Source: Tubiluchus corallicola (taxonomy: Eukaryota; Animalia; Priapulida). Taken from it: a stretch of 64,000 nt of DNA. The notes beneath the pieces are model-generated. The model saw only the letters and a list, made by a program, of their open reading frames with translations. It was not told where the DNA came from and did not search any database. This document shows positions 33,001-48,000 of this stretch, one piece after another. The translations under genes and the position numbers were made by a program. The DNA lies in contig JAQGDQ010000334.1 of the NCBI GenBank assembly GCA_030141605.1, positions 62,001-126,000 of the forward strand, in the 5' to 3' direction. Within the stretch, counting starts at the first letter, position 1. Each line of letters opens with the position of its first letter.

Positions 33001-36000
33001 TTGCAGTTAACATGCGACCCACTTTACTCGTGTAAATGTTAATTCATAAAATTTTCATTATGAACTTTGTTCGTGTTGAACAGTTATGATTGCTATGATC
33101 GCCTTGTAAGGAAATGACAGGTCATCGTCAGAGTTGGTGAACACTTCTCGAAGTTTAGCATGTGTGTATTCCAAAAATTTCCTCTGCATCAATCATGGCC
33201 ATGATCAGTACACCTGGACCTAAGATGACCCACTACAGACAGATGTGGCCACTAGGCAGAACCACAGAACTGAGAATTAATTAGTGATCTATGTTATGAG
33301 AAATTTTTTTAATTTGCTGCATTAAGTGGTAAAGTAAGGCAACCAGCGAACTTCTTCATGTAAAATCTCAAACAGATTATAGTTTTAAACTTGTGTTCAG
33401 TAACACAGACTGGTTTCAACGTGACTAAAGTAAATTTGCACTAGTATCACATGGGTCACAAAAGATCACAACAAATTAGCCAAGCAATTCATATATTACT
33501 TTTGAGCCCTCTTCAGAAATGTCATATCCGTTGATCGTTTTACGGTCAGCCATAACTATTTCTAGAGCACGGAAATCATCCAAAAATATAACCGGACCTG
33601 AAAATCAAATTACAAGAATTTTCTTTAGGAAAAAAATATGCTTGTAACATTATAATTTATTTACTTAAATTTGTTCAGATATTGAAAAAAAGTGTAGCAT
33701 ATACTAAATATAAATTATTACATGCACGCAAAAATACTTGGCCTTCTAACTATAACAACAAAAATCTTTCACCACAAAGCTTTAGAAAACGAAAGAATAA
33801 AATAAATTAAATATTTGCTTTTCTATGCAAGAAACAATGAAAATTGCTACAAATGACAGTGCATTGTTAGAAACTTATCATCATCAGTAAAATAACTAAC
33901 CAGAAATTGTTTGATTAGCAGAAAGTAACACAAAATCATCTGGAATTGTAGCATTGTTAACCAAGTCAGCTATCAAATTTCCATCAATGCTTATGTCAGC
34001 ATGTATGATAACATTTCCAGTTATGCTCTGATTAGAGGATTTTCTCCAGCTAGACTGCTCAACTTTTACTACATCAACGTTGTTTAAATCAGTCATCCAT
34101 GCATCAGAGAGATGAACATTATCAATGAAAGTTTTATTCCCAGTAATATTTACAACCTGGAAATAAAAAACATCATCCAATAAAGAATAGAAAGGAAACT
34201 ACATATATAACATGTACAGTAATTATATAAAACTACAATAATGGTCAAAACTAATAAACAACTTAAGCGGTTTGCTTTAGTAGGATTTAGTAGTTTGGTG
34301 TGCATAGATGCAATACAGTAATCAGGTAGAAAAAGATCATGTTTTTACCTATGGTTCTCTGAAGTGGTTAAAGAAGGTTACATTGGTCCTGTTGGGTAGC
34401 TTTTCTGTTTAATGTATTGAAATCCATTTACATCTCATTGAGTCTGATGTGATGAGCAATATATTAACACTATGTATTTCTGAATATTCTAGTGATTTTT
34501 ATTACGAATTAATCTAGTGAACAATTAACGTAATTAAAAATCTGCTGTGTGCAATGAACCACTCATTCTATGCTTTTGCGTTGCTGCTCCATGACTGTGT
34601 TCTGATTGGCAATGATGTGGACGTCTAATCTCAAAATCAATTACCACGAGATCTGCTTAGATTTCTGGAGGGGTCTTGGGCCACTCCCATGGTTCTGGAG
34701 GGGTCTTGGGCCCCTCCCATGGTGAATTAACTTATTACTTTCACATAATGGTTCTATGTTGACATCAAACACCCAAACAATTGAAGTGCGTATTAACCAA
34801 GTGTCATCTGTAATTGAACTAATGTTTTTCTGGAACTAGTGTCCTACCCTAAAGAGATATATTCACAATGCCAAGCAGCTGCTAAAAGAACAACAATATG
34901 ATAAAATGTGACAGTGCAGCAAGAAGGCCACCACGTAACAAAACCATCTTGTCACATCAGAGTCTCAAAGGCTGAAACAATTATGACAAAATCAACTATA
35001 TAATTTTTATGCTGAAAAAACTGGTGTCAGTTTTTCTTCCTGGACTTACTTAGACGCTTGGAGAGCTTAGAATGCTGTTTAAACACAGCAACATCTGAAA
35101 GCTCATTAACATCAGCATTTTTCGTACAGTTCCAGTTCAACCAACTAACACTTTATTAAATGGACACGACTGCTGTGCAGTAATAAAACAGGATTATAAG
35201 CTATTCATAACAGGAATGACAGCCCTCATAAAAGGTTACTCAAATAGCAAGAATAAAGATGATCCATTTTCATACGTACCATTTTATCATCATTTTCTAC
35301 CATAACAGCATCAGTTTTTAATTTATCAAAGTTGACGCCATTGATGAAATGAGACCCTGTTTTTATCGCATTACCTTCACTTAACACACTCGTCATAAAA
35401 TTGGTTTCACCTTAAAAGAAAAAAATCACTAATTAAAAAGCGCAAAACGAAAGTGATTTTTACCAGTAATTATAGATTTACTTAATTTTGATAGCAATGA
35501 TTACTTGTTTTTTAAAGCATTTAAAAAGTACACTTTTGACATGCAAGAATCAGTAATCTTTTAGCTCTTATGCTGGTCAAACCTTGAAATCTACAAATCT
35601 GCATGTATAATTTACTATACTATGCAAGAGCATGTATCTCACTTTAGGGAAGCAGCTAGTAGGCATACTACATAAAATGGTTAAATTTACAATACCTGAA
35701 AAACAAACATTAGACAGATGTGAGTTAAAATAGTGAATTGGACAAACAATCACAACACTGAAACCGCAAAGTAACTTATTGCCCAAAAGTATATTTGATT
35801 TTGCTGTCTTACCAAGATGTTCATCTTGTTTAAACTGAAAAACAAATGTTCGGCATAAAGAAACTGAGAAAATTGACCAATATGCCTATCAATCAACTGA
35901 CGACATACATGTACTTACATCAGCCAGTTTGTATGCATATTGAAGGTTTAAAACAAGTACAGGCATTCCATCCAAATATGAAACAAAACTAATTAGGCTA

Positions 36001-39000
36001 TATAAGAGAAGAGTGAAGTATTTCCACGTAGTTTTCTATAGTTGGCAGCCTGCATATTAATGGAATCACACTGACATGGATTTATCAGCAGTTAGTAAGG
36101 CAGTTTGTGTTAAGCAAAGTATTACATTTCAAGCATTAATAAATTACAACAATAAGAATGGTCCTAAAACACTGCTCTGAACAGCACTAAATATTATTCA
36201 AAAGTAATTGGAAAATGCCAAATCTTGATTACGATTCTTCCCTCCTTGTATTCTCCTTTGTATCTTTTCCACGAACCACTGACTACCCATGTAAAATACC
36301 TGCACCAGCATTAACTGATTACAATTAAATGTAATTAGTTAAATTATTAAGTTAAAAAAGCAAATATGCGGAAATATTACAAATTATAATCAAAGAACAG
36401 TAATCACTCACCATTAATGATAATGTTTGCTGAATTTCCACCCAGCTGTTTAGTGACTATTGAGGAAGAAAGTAAGTCATCATTTATATGGGGAGCTATG
36501 ATGGAATTCTCAAAATGAACTTCATTTGTGGTAAAATGTAAATCTGAAGAGATAGTCTGTTCTCCATCAGCTTTTATGTCAACAAAATCATAGCTGGCAT
36601 GGAATCCATTTACAGCACCCTCTACTCGTATCCCATAGGTGACAACAATATCTTCGAGAAAAGTCTTATTGGCTGATAAAAATATATATCATTAAGCAGG
36701 ACAACTAGCTGTATCAATCAAAATTACCAAGCAAGACTGTTTATTTAGAAATTTTAACAAATACTGCAAAATATGTATCTACGTCATTTTTAAGATTCTG
36801 CATGAGTTTCTTATTTACAAATAGTTTATTCTTTCTTCTTTAATTCTCCGCGATATAACACGTAATAATTCTAAAACCGGAGTACCCAAAGTCACCAAAC
36901 TCACAGAACAGACACCTGGGGTAGGGGCTCAGACAATAAAATAGTGACCTTTGGTCAAAAGCTCAAGGCTTCGGTCACTGTTGCAATTATAGATCTCAGA
37001 ACTTAAAGCTCAGTTCAATTTTTTTGACAAGTATTTAGCACTATTTAGGAAATGATGGGTAGCAGTGTATGTGTCGGATTGGAATATGCTACAGATGTTA
37101 TATCATAAGTACAAATCCTGACAAAACTAAAAGCTTCAAAGGTTTCAAAAACTGGCAGCTAGGAAACCTGCCTACTACAAGAAGCTTGCATAAAAACTAT
37201 CTAAAGCAGCAACAATTTTCTCAAGTACAATATTTCTGTTAAAACCAAAAATGACAAAAATAACTAACGTCTGATTAACACTGTTGTTTTTAAGCCGCAC
37301 ATGCATGCTTGTGCGTGCATGCGTGTGTGTGTGGGGGGACCAAATTTAATAAGCTAAACCTTGTCGACTATGAGTCATAACCAAGTACTGTATTTTGTAG
37401 ATGCTTATATCTATGAATTAACCAACATACAAGTTAAATACTTACTCACTTACTGACTTTTGAATTTATAAATTACTTGCACAAATTATTATAAACTTAC
37501 AATACCATTTCATTTAAGATACCATTTCGACTTTTTTTAAAGAAATTTACTTATGAAGTAATTATATTTGGCATGAGAACGAAATCCATCATATCACTTC
37601 GAACTTGTTTATAGGAATCTTAGCAATGCGTTGTCATTACAAACTAAAGAAAGCGTCTTCAAAATTTATAATATGGTTAACAGTAAGTGTAGTAACAATT
37701 TTTAGTTAAAAATGTGCAAAATGAAAACTGTGATACACGATTTGAGCAATACACTAATTTGTCTCAGCAAGATGAAGTTTTATAAGACTTTTTATACTTT
37801 ATACAGTTTTTTATACACAAAGCAATAAATGTATTTTTGTGGGTTATATAAAACGGCAAGTGCAGCACTTGTATGTCACTAGACAACAAATTTATTACCA
37901 ATAATAATGAAAACTTACCCAGAAATGAAACAGAATCCGCGTCTTTCCACGCTATATTTTTTGCATAGTCATTCAGAACAATCCCATTCACTTTACCATC
38001 CATAGACCTTAACTGCCCGTTTACCGTAAATCCTTCCTTAAATGTTACGTCTCGTAAATCAATTTTTCTTCCATTCAGAAAAATCCAAACGTTTTCAATC
38101 AAGTGAGAGACATCAAGCTGCAAATAAAAATATAAGTAATTAAACAGATTAATTAAGCAATGATGGATTACTGTTTTTAGCACCAAGATAAGACTTCGAA
38201 CGTCATGCATTAATTGACAATTTTAGCACATACATACGTTAGCAATTAGGCAGTTAGCAATGACAAATCAAAATATACAAATCAAGCTAATTTAATAGAG
38301 AAAGCCTTAGACTATTTCCGATTTAATCAGAGGGTTTGCACCTCTTATTATGTAGATACATATTTTTTCGAACTATATACGCTCAGTTTTTGAGAAATTT
38401 CTTGCAAATTTTCCAACGTATAAGCAAACATCGTAATTAACCATTAAGAAAGCTAAAGATATCAACCAAGATGCTATCATCATATTGCAAGGAACACAAA
38501 GTGACACTGAATCATTTAAGCTTTTAGAATCTGCCCAGTTGTCATAATTTTAAATAACTAGTAAGAACAAACTTAATGTAAGGTAAATGCAACTGTAAAA
38601 TACAAAACAAGTGTGAAAAATGCCCAGATGCTGAACTGTAAATAAAACTTCATTTCTATTTATATGCTACACTATTCTAAGATTGGCAGACTGATGAGGA
38701 ATACTGGCTAAAATAAATTACAGCATGAAAATCGAGACATATTACAATAGTCTACCAGCATGGGCAGTTGACACTAGAACAACAAACACTTGAATAATGA
38801 ACACTGGGGTGCTGGATACAGGGGAAATGGACACTCGGACAGTGGACACTTGAACAGTAAACAATTGGACAGTGGACACTTGCATGGGCAGTAGACACTT
38901 AGGTAATGGGCACTTGGGCCGTAAAGCATTTATGCAGTGCAGCAAGTGGACATTTGCACTGAGAGCACTAGGCAGTGGACATTTAATTGTCGACTTTGGG

Positions 39001-42000
39001 CAGCAGAACATTTGGGAGTCACGTCCATATATTGATCTGTACCGCCTGTCTATCATTCTCGTCACCTGTCTGCCTGTGTCTGAGACACTGTCTGGAACAT
39101 ATCTATTTGCATATTCATCTATCTATAGTCTCTCTATATTTAAATCAACAAAATGGCACCATTTTATTGGTCATCCATTTGTAATATGCATAAGAAACAG
39201 TACATGTTCATTGTAACTGCCTAACATGGGAACAGGAAACTATACAGAGGCTAGACTGGACATGGTCTCACTGCGGACCTAGCACACAGTCGATTATCAC
39301 ACCAATGTTGTTGGGTATCACACTGATAAACAAGGGCAGTTGTTACACTGATACTAAACTTACAGAATTTGTTGTGTCCACTGTAACTGCCTAACATGGG
39401 AACAGGAAACTATACAGAGGATACACTGAACATGGTCTCATTGCGGACCTAGCACACAGTCAGGTATCAAACCAATGTTGTTGGGTATCACACTGATAAA
39501 CAAGGGCAGTTGTTACACTGATACTAAACTTACAGAATTTGTTGTGTCCACAATAACTGCCTAACATGGGAACAGGAAACTATACAGAGGCTAGACTGGA
39601 CATGGTCTCATTGCGGACCTAGCACACAGTCAGGTATCAAACTAATGTTGTTGGGTATCAAACTGATAAACAAGGGCAGTTGTTACACTGATACTAAACT
39701 CACAGAATTCGTTGTGTCCAATGTAACTGCCTAACATGGGAACAGGAAACTATACAGAGGCTAGACTGGACATGGTCTCATTCCGGACCTAGCACACAGT
39801 CGTGTATCAAACAAATGTTGTTGGGTATCATAAACAAGGGCAGTTGTTACACTGATACTAAACTTACAGAATTCGTTGTGACCACAAATGAATCATTCTC
39901 GGCAAACACCACAGAATCTGACATGTCCACTGCACCAGATATGACTTGGTCACTGTTGTTCAATACAATCTGGCTGGTGTTGATGCTGTTGACATCAGTG
40001 ACAGATACATTCTGTCCACAAATGATGTCAGTATTAAAATACATGCTTCCTGTTACTGTCTGGTCTGCACCAACTAACATCACCCCTAAAAGTAAGTATA
40101 GTTTTTTATCAAGATCTCGTAAAAGAAAACACTAAGAAGCGGGCTATAAAACAGAAAACAAAAATACACAGTAACAGTGGAAACTGACAACTGGATAAAA
40201 CAAATTTATTACCTGTTAAATACAAGTTGTTAAGATAAAATGTACCAGAATAATACTGTCATATTTGTTAATTTTAACAATATTGTAAGGACAATATTGT
40301 AAATTTATAAACAAACAATACAAGTAGTAAGTTTTGATTTGGGTTTTATACAGTCATTACAGTCATGTACTAATTTGATAACTTATGCACAGTTCACAAC
40401 TTCTGACTCATAATGACACACTAACAAAGGATCAATTCAGCCACGTATTGACAGAGTTTTTAAATAGTAATGGCTTAGATGTCTTCTCATGTTGAAATAA
40501 ATCTTACTAGACAAAGGAAAGAGGTCCCATTGTAGCATATTGAGTTGGACAGAGCCATTGATTCTCCAGTCAAGAGAAACTGTATCAGCTTCATCATACT
40601 TCAGCGCATATAAATCTAGCTCAACTGGATCAATACTGTTTACTAAACCACTCAGTAGAATGTCAGTAGTTGTTAAATTCATCATCCAAAGTTCAGTGTA
40701 AAATATTACAACACCTGTAAAAATTGTACATCATTTGTATTGGGTATAATTGTTAAAAATGTGGCAAAGAAATAGATTAGCAACCTCCAAAATAACATTC
40801 AGCTGAGCTGAACTAATAACACTAAAAGCACTAAAACCAAAAGTGAAAACTAAAATGTACATATAAAAGAAAACAAAACTATATTTTATGCTACAAACTT
40901 AAGATTTATAAATTTATACATATTAATGATTTCTTTATATTCAATAGAAAGTATTGAAAAAAATTTAAGCTATCGTGATTTATCAAATAGAAAAAGTAAG
41001 AAGCTTAATTATGATGGCGGGTTGAACAGCCGAATGGTTGTGGTGTGTGCTACTGCAATTATAAATAAGATTGAGACTGACCAATGAAGCTATAAATATA
41101 GGCGCCTAGGTGGCACACTCTGCACCACATCTACCTTTTATTTCAAAATATGGTAGTTCATACCAGCTAGTGCGAACGTTCGATATCACACTAAAATAAC
41201 TGTAGTTTTTGTCATTGAATTAAAACTGAATCCTCGAAATTACTGGAATTACATTAAACTGACTTGTTGTCTCAATGGCTAGAATTTACACACCTTCGCA
41301 TTTAACCAGCTTTCATTTCTGGATAAGTACAGTTTTGGAACTTTATATATGGACGATCTACATCTGCTGTACTTTGGAAGTATAGTCTTAAAATCAGGTT
41401 GTGCCTGTGTTTTTTCAGCCAGGCCTGGAGTTTTCCCAGTATTTACTGCATGGGGAGATAGGTACAGTTTTCTGATTATGTTTCTGTTACATTTTTTTAG
41501 TATTCTAGAAAATTTTGTTCATTTAATCGTTTAGTTTAGGGCTTGCAAACAATTTGAATATTAGTAGTTTCTTCATTAGGCTTAAACATGTCTCATGCAG
41601 GTTAGGTTATGCTAGGATTAAGTTTGATCGCTTGTAGTTTTTACTCATACATTAATTATCCTGATTGCAGAGCTTCCCCGGCTTTTAGTTCCTTGTAATT
41701 TTAATTTATTTCAATTGTGTTTTATTGTGATTATGCTTTAGAATGTGGAAACAATTATTAGACTATTCCACCCCATTCCTGCAGACTCAAATCACCCTCC
41801 AGTGGTGAGGCACCGCCAGCAGTTCAATATAAGAAACAGTTAAAATCTAGCATCGCATTAATCAATATCATCATTATCAATGGTCAGTAGTCAAGTGATA
41901 GGCGATTGCTAAGTTCGATACTCGCTCTGGGAAATTTCGTTCATCCACACTGATCTCGTTTACCTCATTCATGGAGGGCATATTAATATCCACTAGACAT

Positions 42001-45000
42001 AACCTTGATAATGGGTGAGGTGCTGGTATTGCCACAGTAAGTTGCTGAACACTGGTTTTTAAGTTGTAGAGGTGCCATAAAATTATTAATTATAAGAAAA
42101 ACTTCAGTATGTATCACAGATATTACTCAACATGATGATTGCCATAAAAGTACAAACAACATGTAGACAACAAACATATGCTGGTTACATATAGTACAAA
42201 GTACAAAAACTGTAGCCTAAGTACTTTCACGTCAAAAGTTAAAAACACAAATCAGTTTGAAACATTGCATTAACTAATGTAGAAAAAATCTTGCCTACCA
42301 GTTACAGTTTGGGGTTCTGGAAAATTCTTGTACAAGATTTGCGATGACTTATTAATAAGTTCCTCTAGAAGTTGTTCTTGAGAGTCAAGCAATGCTTTAA
42401 CATCAGCTGGTGTTAGCTGGGTGGAATTATCATCATTTGCAAATATAAAGGTTTCAACGCTGGCCGCTTCAATTTCAGTTGCATTCAATGCTAAAGTAAC
42501 AATAATTAGCGATTAGTATAGTACAGCTCTTACAAATGGCTCAGAAACAGTTAGAAAATAAGCATTTTAACCACTTCATGTTAATCTCACATTTTAAAAT
42601 TCTGATAAAAAATAAACTTATTTAGGCTTAAAAATTATTTATCACAATAGTACATGTCAGTTTTCCATGACTATTTTTTGCAAGTTATTAAAATATCAAA
42701 TTTAGTAATAAAATTATTATAACCGAATTGTTAAATTTTTCAGAAATTGTGATAAATATATGCAAAGGTGGAAAAAATAAACAAATAAAGAAATAGCAGA
42801 ACAAATAAAGAGAGAAATAAATGAATAAAAATGAATGGATGGGCCAACAAATAAATGATTGAGTAAAGAAGGGTGAGTAAATGAAAAAATCAAAACATAA
42901 ACAGCTAACAATACATTAGAACACGTGCTTAAAAATTTAAAGCAAAGATCTGTCTTCTACTAGGCTGATATCAATTGCACTAAATCAATCTTATTGATGA
43001 AATTTTTGTTTAACCTCAATTTTCTTAAAAATATTTGGTCAATTATATTGCACTATCTTTTTTTGGACTCACTATGGTTAGGGAATTGGATTGTGTGTAT
43101 CTCCCTTAGACAATTATATATGAAACAAAACCTCAAAAAAATTTACAACACCCCTTTTGCTTGATTCAAGTGAATGAGGTCATTATGCAAGTGTATAAAA
43201 GCTTTCGCTGACTTAAGTACATTGAAAAACTCAGCCAGATATGCATTCTTTCAAGTGGACAAGTACGTGCGCTGTTAAACAGCAGGCAAGCGTAAAACCG
43301 GCTAAAGCGTTAAAAAATGAAAAATCACATACCTTCAAACACAACTATATTATTTAATACTTCTTCGCTAGTTGTACTGATTGTGTTTACCAGTTTCTCA
43401 TCAACTGCAGCCAAATTCAAGTCTTGTTCTTCTACTCCTTTGGTGACATTATGGATGCATTGCAAAAGTCTATCAGAAGGAACATCAGCTGAACAATAGA
43501 AAAAAATCTATGTCAGGAAATAATAGCCTCGCTTTACTTAAAATTATGCAAATAAAATTATCGTGTAATTTTTAATGCTTTAGTCATTATAATGTTTCTC
43601 ATTTAATGTGTTCTTTAAAATTCCTTTGCATTTTTTATTGTCAGAAACCAAAAGTCAGAAGATATTAGTCATCACGCCATTCCGACTGAGAAACCAACAG
43701 AAATTGCAAGCGCACCTCAGAGCTGCAAATAGCAATAGTATTAGATATTAAGACAAGTGTTCTTTACTCAAAATTAAATGATGGTAATGTCAATTTGTAT
43801 CCATTATTTTTGTTGTTTCTTCTGTATAGAGGGGGCAATCACTGTTACATGAAAAGAACAACAGAACTATAAATATACTTACAAGGTTGTTGGAGAATCA
43901 TGGTTTCGTATGATACTGAAAAGATTTCAAGGACATCTGGTTTTGTTTGAACTCCGAAAACTTGTGTGTTGTTACTTGTGCCACATGATATTATTGTTTG
44001 TGGATAATTTTCTACGTCTAGAAAATCTACTACTTCCGAAAAATAACCGGTTTCATTTTGTGCAAAGCCAATGACATAATTCTAAAAGAAAAAATATTAT
44101 AATTACAACAAATTCATATAACCAGGACAACATGGCAAAATAACTACAGGCCTTGTGTTGGATGCTAGTATTAAAGCTGGGTACACAGTTTGAAGTAAAC
44201 TACTTGGAAATTCTTTAAATAAACTATAATAGCTACATTTTGTTTGTCAATTAAAATATTCTTTAAGAAATACTACTATTTTATTATTCATTGCAAAGCA
44301 AATTAGCACATGTTTCAAGACAGCCATAGCGAAAAATTTAATTTTACCAAAAGTTACCAATGCTTCTGGGGTCTTAGGCTGTATAACCTATACTGGCCTA
44401 TAGGATAATCCGGCCACATTTCCAAGCCAAAACTAACACTGGGTAACAAGACTTCCAGATTAGTACGCAGTCGCGCACTCTAGATTAAGAGATTTTTGAG
44501 GTGGTACCAGGACACACAACAATTTTTTCCAAAGTGTATTGGGCAGCGAGGCTTCTAATATTGGGTATCGAACCACATGATTTCCAGGTCACACCAATGT
44601 GCAGGGCTTCTAGTTCTACCTTGGTACTATCAGTATTCATTCCAGTTTCAAGATTTCCACTAGAGTCAGGGTTCACACTTAATCACAAGCCCTGTATAAA
44701 AGGTTAGCAATTAATTCCTTTTAGAATGAAACTAAGTTAAAGAGGGCAAAGTTAGCACTAGACTGAAATTAGGACAGTTTTTTGTCATTACTATTTTTCC
44801 ACAGTTTTATATACTGATGATTTGCTAAACCTAGAAGCAGTCCATTTCAACTTCAAGCACCAGATCTTAAAATTCATTGGAGACACAATACTCACAGCGC
44901 TTTCAATAAAATGTAGGACTTTACATGAGAAGGGGTTCTTTTTGATGACAAAAAGAAATAAAAAGTACAATAGCAACACACTTAGCATCTACATAAATAT

Positions 45001-48000
45001 AATGCCAACATTAAGTAAGCGACAAGTCTTTTTCTAGAATCACAGTCGTGATTGAATTTAAGTAAACATTATTACCATTAAATTAATAACAACATTAGAG
45101 AACTACTGCATAATGTTTATGACAAGTACTTATAATGGTCTATAAATTGTACTAACTATTTCTGTAAAAGTAGGTGCAGCAAACAGAAGAAGAATTTCAT
45201 CATTTGGCATGATTGCTACATTCACATCAGAAACTTCAGGCAGGTCTAATAATTGGAAAAGGTGAAACTGCATACCTAGAATATCAAATATTATTAAACA
45301 ATTTAGGAAATCTGTGAAAATAAAGATGAAAATCTCTGTTTGTTCATGTGATTCACCCCTACGTGTGTCCATCTGTCCGTCCTTTACGCGCTCCCACATG
45401 ACTGCAGGGTAAGGTAAAAAATGTAAAAGAAATTTATTTACGTAGCGCACTATATCATCTAAACTCTCCGTGCACTGAACAACAAAATACATTTAAAATT
45501 CATAGGACACATAAAATTAAAAAGACATTAAAAATGAAAAAAAAATCATAAAAAAAGTGCCCCCAATGTGGTGTTTCTTAAAGACAGCCCCAAGTAGCTT
45601 TTAGGCTATGTCAATTTAGGTCATCACTTCTGAAAACATTCCACTAAATATATTTGTCCATGCTGTACCATAACAATTAGTGCGGTCCCAGAAATTTGAT
45701 AATTTAATTTGATAATGTCCCAATATGACAGCCAAAATGGAACATCCTGTAAAAACTCTATATGTTACAGTATACCCCCAAATGTGATGTACCACAGTAA
45801 CTAGCATGGCCCTGGGAACGTTTTAGGCTAATGTCAGACAATTTATGCCACTGCTCCTTTCCCAAATACAGCTGCTGAAAATAGTATCAAATTTGTACTT
45901 TTTATGACATTTTGCTATAAATAATCATCAAATGATCAAAACTGTAACATAACAACGAACATAAACCCATAAAAGCTTTATGTTAATGTTAATTTCAATT
46001 ACGTATATTATATATCAAGTTATAATGTTGTAGTTAATTAATCTGTCTTATCGTCATGAATGTTTTCTAAATATGTGTTGTACAATAACTGTAATATATT
46101 TGTGAATGTTACTTGTTAACCCAATAAATTAAATTAAAATTAAAATTAAAGTTAATTTGGGTCACAGTGCCCCCCCCCATGGTGAGCGGGATATCTATTT
46201 AATGATTCAGCTATTAATTTTTTTCTTCGAACAGTCTGTTCTTCCAGTAAATCGCTCCGAGGCGATGAACAGCTGCATTCCCAGAAATGTACATGTTTTC
46301 ATCACTTGATAGGTTATACCAAATCAGCTCCAGGGAAGTTGAGTATTTAAGCCAGTAATTAAACTCACAAAGCACCAATGTAGAGCGAAAAAACATCATT
46401 AGTTATTTTAATCTAACTCGTGCAATTTCAATGCAGTCACAGATTAATTTTATACATGCATAATAAACTGATACATAAATTAATGTGCTGTTAAAATAAC
46501 ATATTTTCCTCTTTTTCTCTTTTTTTAAACCTCCCAAGCGAGCATGTAGTCCAGTTTTGTTTTTTTACATGATTATTTCTCATAAATAATTCTTAAAGTA
46601 ACTTAAGTATCCCATTATATTTTAATAACTTTTAGGTCTTCCTGACCTAATGTTAATGTACAGAGTATCTTTCCCATCTTCGTCTTCAGCTTATAACTTC
46701 GTCAAATTATGGGGTGACTGACTAGAAAATGTATGTACAGTCACTACATCTTTACCTATAGTATTGAAATCTGCACCATATGTAGCAATGGGATAATTAG
46801 GCCTTTCCCTATTGTTGTACTAGTTTCTTGTATTACTAGGTGATAGATAAATTAATTCTAATTCTCTAATTGAATCAGCTGCCATGCCATAGAGTAGCAA
46901 AATCTAAAATTCATTAATAAATCTCAAGGCAATTCAGTTTCTTTAGCACACTACTCAAGAATTCAATACAACATGTTTAGCAAATGCTAGACTATGTTAA
47001 AAACTGCACACAGCTACATAACATACCATTCCACCAGTAGATGGCAGCACCGGCATTGTTAGCAATCACAAGATGGACTCCACCATCAACCACATATACA
47101 ATAAGAAAAACTTGTATTGTGTTGACAACAGATAGCTTGATGGACTGCAGGAGAATCAGTTCCCTTTTGCCTGTCAATGTAAGGCATTGCATCATTATCA
47201 CACAACAATTGGGATGAGGTACTGACAACCCACTGCCATGGCAGTGTCAAATATTTTTGGACAGGTTACTGCTGTATTTACCTGTCTTGAGGGCAAATTT
47301 CTTTTATTTTAGAATTCTGTCTGCCCAATGTCTACAACACATGTAATGGGTATATGATGATGATGATAAATCACACAAAACATTCATTAGTGTGAATATA
47401 AAGTTAATGATGCACAAACACAAAGTTTAATAAATTCAAAGTAAGGTACGAAAATTTAACTAATACTGCACTAAACTAACAGTGAATGAAAAACAAAGTA
47501 GCCTAGTGATACTTGAAACTGAGAAGAACAGGAACACTGTAATTTAAAGCAAGTAGCTTGGAGCCATACACATTCAACAAGTTTTCAACAACTGCAATGA
47601 AAAGTACGACACATAATTATTATTGTGCTTACTAGACACGTAGGTTCCAATATCGACGTAATAATTATCAGTACAATTCCAAACAACAGCAAAAGCATTC
47701 TGCTCATTCAGTTCGAACACTGTCAGTTCAGAAGGATTGCCACAATTCTGTTTAGTTAATGAGTCTATATGTTCCATACCAAATTCATAGTGCTCATACA
47801 GCCTATCATAAAAATTTAAAGAAATGTTTAAGAGCTTTGTCAAGTCAACTGGTGCCACTTGTAAGCCTACTATGCCACAATACTATTTAGTTAATGAGTC
47901 TACATGTTCCATACCAAACTCACAGTGCTCATGAAGCCTATCATAAATATATGAGAAATGTTCAAGAACTTTGTAAAGTCAATTGGTGCCACTAGAGTAG

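Noticed and set aside
39212-39884. 170-bp array as a CRISPR or prokaryotic repeat system
   Set aside because: The whole unit is repeated with no variable spacer, and it derives from the neighbouring exon/intron boundary.
46214-46399. Short minus ORF (LELIWYNLSSDENMYISG...) as an extra exon of the giant gene
   Set aside because: Exons 47170-47027 and 45275-45157 join in phase (YWWNG|MQF) without it, and it lacks a convincing donor.
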